Shown here in pieces: positions 62,055-64,000 of a stretch of DNA of 64,000 bases. The notes beneath the pieces are model-generated. The model searched no databases, had not been told where the DNA came from, and saw nothing but the letters and a program-made list of their open reading frames with translations. Origin of the DNA: Torpedo marmorata (lineage: Eukaryota); the NCBI GenBank assembly GCA_977017645.1, contig OZ360222.1, positions 179,614,001 through 179,678,000 on the forward strand. The letters are read 5' to 3'. The position numbers were made by a program, and so were the translations under genes. Each line of letters begins with the position of its first letter. Positions within the stretch are counted from its first letter, which is position 1.

Positions 62055-62599
62055 ACAAAATAAATAATTTGCTACCACTGAATCTCACTGCCTTCCTGTG
62101 CTGTGACCTTACTGGAAGTCTCAAGAGAACATGTTGAGGTATATCCTTTGTTTTTAAATGTCTCTCATCTCCTTCTCTCCTGAAGTTGCTGACTCTTCCG
62201 GAGTAGTTACATGGGTATACTGAAAGCTTGTTTATTATATGTGTTCCTGCGCTCTGACAGGGCAAATTGTCTGTGAGAGGCCTCGTACCAAAACCCTGAT
62301 GCTCAGTTTCTTAGTGGCTTCACAGGGTAATGATCAGGAGCGGTTGGCTTTTCTTTTTTTTTCTCAGGGAAGTAGGAATTTTAATTTTAAAAACATACTG
62401 AAATCTCAGTTGAAAGCAAAAAAACAAATCTGCAGCTGCTAAAAATAAATGTTAACATTCAAGTTGATGAAATATCATCAGGAGTATTGAAAGCCCATCA
62501 GCCTGAAACATTAACACTCTCTGTAAGGGCATCATGTATTGATCAATATATACTTGAAGTTCCAGAGTATAGATTCCTCATATTGAGTATTTGAAGGCA

Positions 62600-63495
62600 G
62601 GGGTGCAGAGGCTGGTGGATAAACTATCCTCACTGGGATTCAACACCCCTTTCTGCAACTGGATTCTGGACTTCTTGACAGAAAGACCACAGTCTGTCTA
62701 GGGTGGCAGCAAAACCTCAAGCTTCATCATGCTGAGCACTGGTGCACCTCAGGGCTGTGTGCTCAGCCAACTACTGTTCATGTTGCTGACTCATGGCTGC
62801 ACTGCCAGATTCAGTTCTAACAGAATAATCAAGTTTGCGGATGATGCCACAGTAGTTGGCCTCATCAGCAACAATGATGAGTCGCATTACAGAGAGGAGG
62901 TTGAAAGGCTCAGAAAATGGTGCGAGAACAACAACCTGAGTCTCAACGTGGACAAGACAAAGGAGGTGATTGTGGACTTCAGGAGGATGAAGGTTGACCA
63001 TTCTCCATTACACATCAACGGTTCCGTTGTGGAGAGACTGGAGAGCACAAAGTTCCTTGGCGTGCATATAAGGGATGACCTATCCTGGACTCAATGCCTC
63101 CTCGTTTGTCAGGAAGGTGCAACAGCACCTACACTTCGTAAGGAGGTTGAGGAGGGCAAGGCTACCGGCCCCTATCTTGACAATCATTTGCAGGAGCACA
63201 ATTGAGACTGTCCTGTCTGGCTGCATCATTGTGTGTTATGGTAGCCGCAAAGCATTAGACCGGAGGTCAATACAGAGGATAATTAAAACAGCCAAGAGGA
63301 TCACTCTGGTCTCCCTTTCCTCTATAGATGACAGTTACTGGGAGCGTTGTCTAAATAGGGCTCAAGAAATTATAGAAGACCCTTTCCATACAGCGCACGG
63401 TACCACTACCATCAAGAAGAAGGTACAGGAGCATCAAAATCAGGACTGCCAGGCTTCTTCCCGCAGGCTGTGAGACTGATGAATAGTATCCTGTA
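62600..63495 (+). mobile_element. Rex/Babar-like LINE RT fragment
   Basis: LSTGAPQGCVLS.LLF...IIKFADDATVVGLI...LNVDKTKEVIVDFRR (62729..63205), continuing after a frameshift. Confidence 0.92.
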
Positions 63496-63525
63496 ACTGT
63501 GACAATCATCCCAAATATTCATATA

Positions 63526-64000
63526 CAGTAAAAACCCCTGGTATCCGGCACCTATGGGAATTGGTAGATGCTGGCTAAGTGTATTTTCCGGTTGTTAGAG
63601 ACTTACTCTTACAATGTCTAACTGCATTAAGAATAAACAGTTTTAAAGATGAAAATATTACACTGTACTTACACTGAACAAACTTTACTTGCATGAATAT
63701 ATAAACAAAGCATTTTACTTTATTTTCAGTCACATTCTTTGAAAAGTTTAACTGTCGCTGCATCTGCAGATTCCTACCCCGCCACGGAGCCACCTGAAAG
63801 ACGAACAATAATATAGATAATTAACCCCCCCTCTTCCCCAAGTTTATAGATAAAGCCTCCGACCGGGGCAACTCTTACTAAGTAGGGACAAGGAGACACT
63901 TTAAGAGAGTTACCCCAACGGCGAGCGGCATCAACCAGCTTTTCCTCCTGGATGATGCCATTGCTGTTTTGCACAACTTTATTCAAACAACTGCTACGAG
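63526..64000. mobile_element. Tigger/pogo-like (Tc1/mariner) element end, running off the window
   Basis: TA followed by cagtaaaaacccctggtatccggcac, a Tigger-like terminus. Only one end is visible. Confidence 0.55.

Overview
Eukaryotic, repeat-saturated window, most likely from a cartilaginous fish. This is inferred from HE1/V-SINE-like and Deu-SINE-like SINEs, esterase-type CR1s, Neptune-like Penelope elements and Rex/Babar, L1 and Tx1 LINEs. No host protein-coding gene, rRNA, tRNA gene or CRISPR array could be supported, so the region looks intronic or intergenic. Main contents: a nearly intact CR1 LINE (1.07-4.73 kb, minus), two young related ~4.6-kb Ty3/Gypsy elements (17259-21896 and 32186-36783), and a rearranged endogenous retrovirus with a tRNA-Ser PBS (14.8-17.26 kb). 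There are also several Penelope-like elements with hammerhead-like motifs, a Tx1 LINE, truncated L1/CR1/Rex copies, non-autonomous DNA transposons with clear TIRs and TSDs, and two solo LTRs. Top finding: neither Gypsy element has a tRNA PBS. In each, the PBS position is a perfect 15-17 nt reverse complement of the element's own LTR segment ending in the AATAAAA poly(A) signal, and the two sites co-vary between elements. This suggests self-primed reverse transcription in a Gypsy lineage lacking a chromodomain. Family names come from motif recognition only; no database search was possible.
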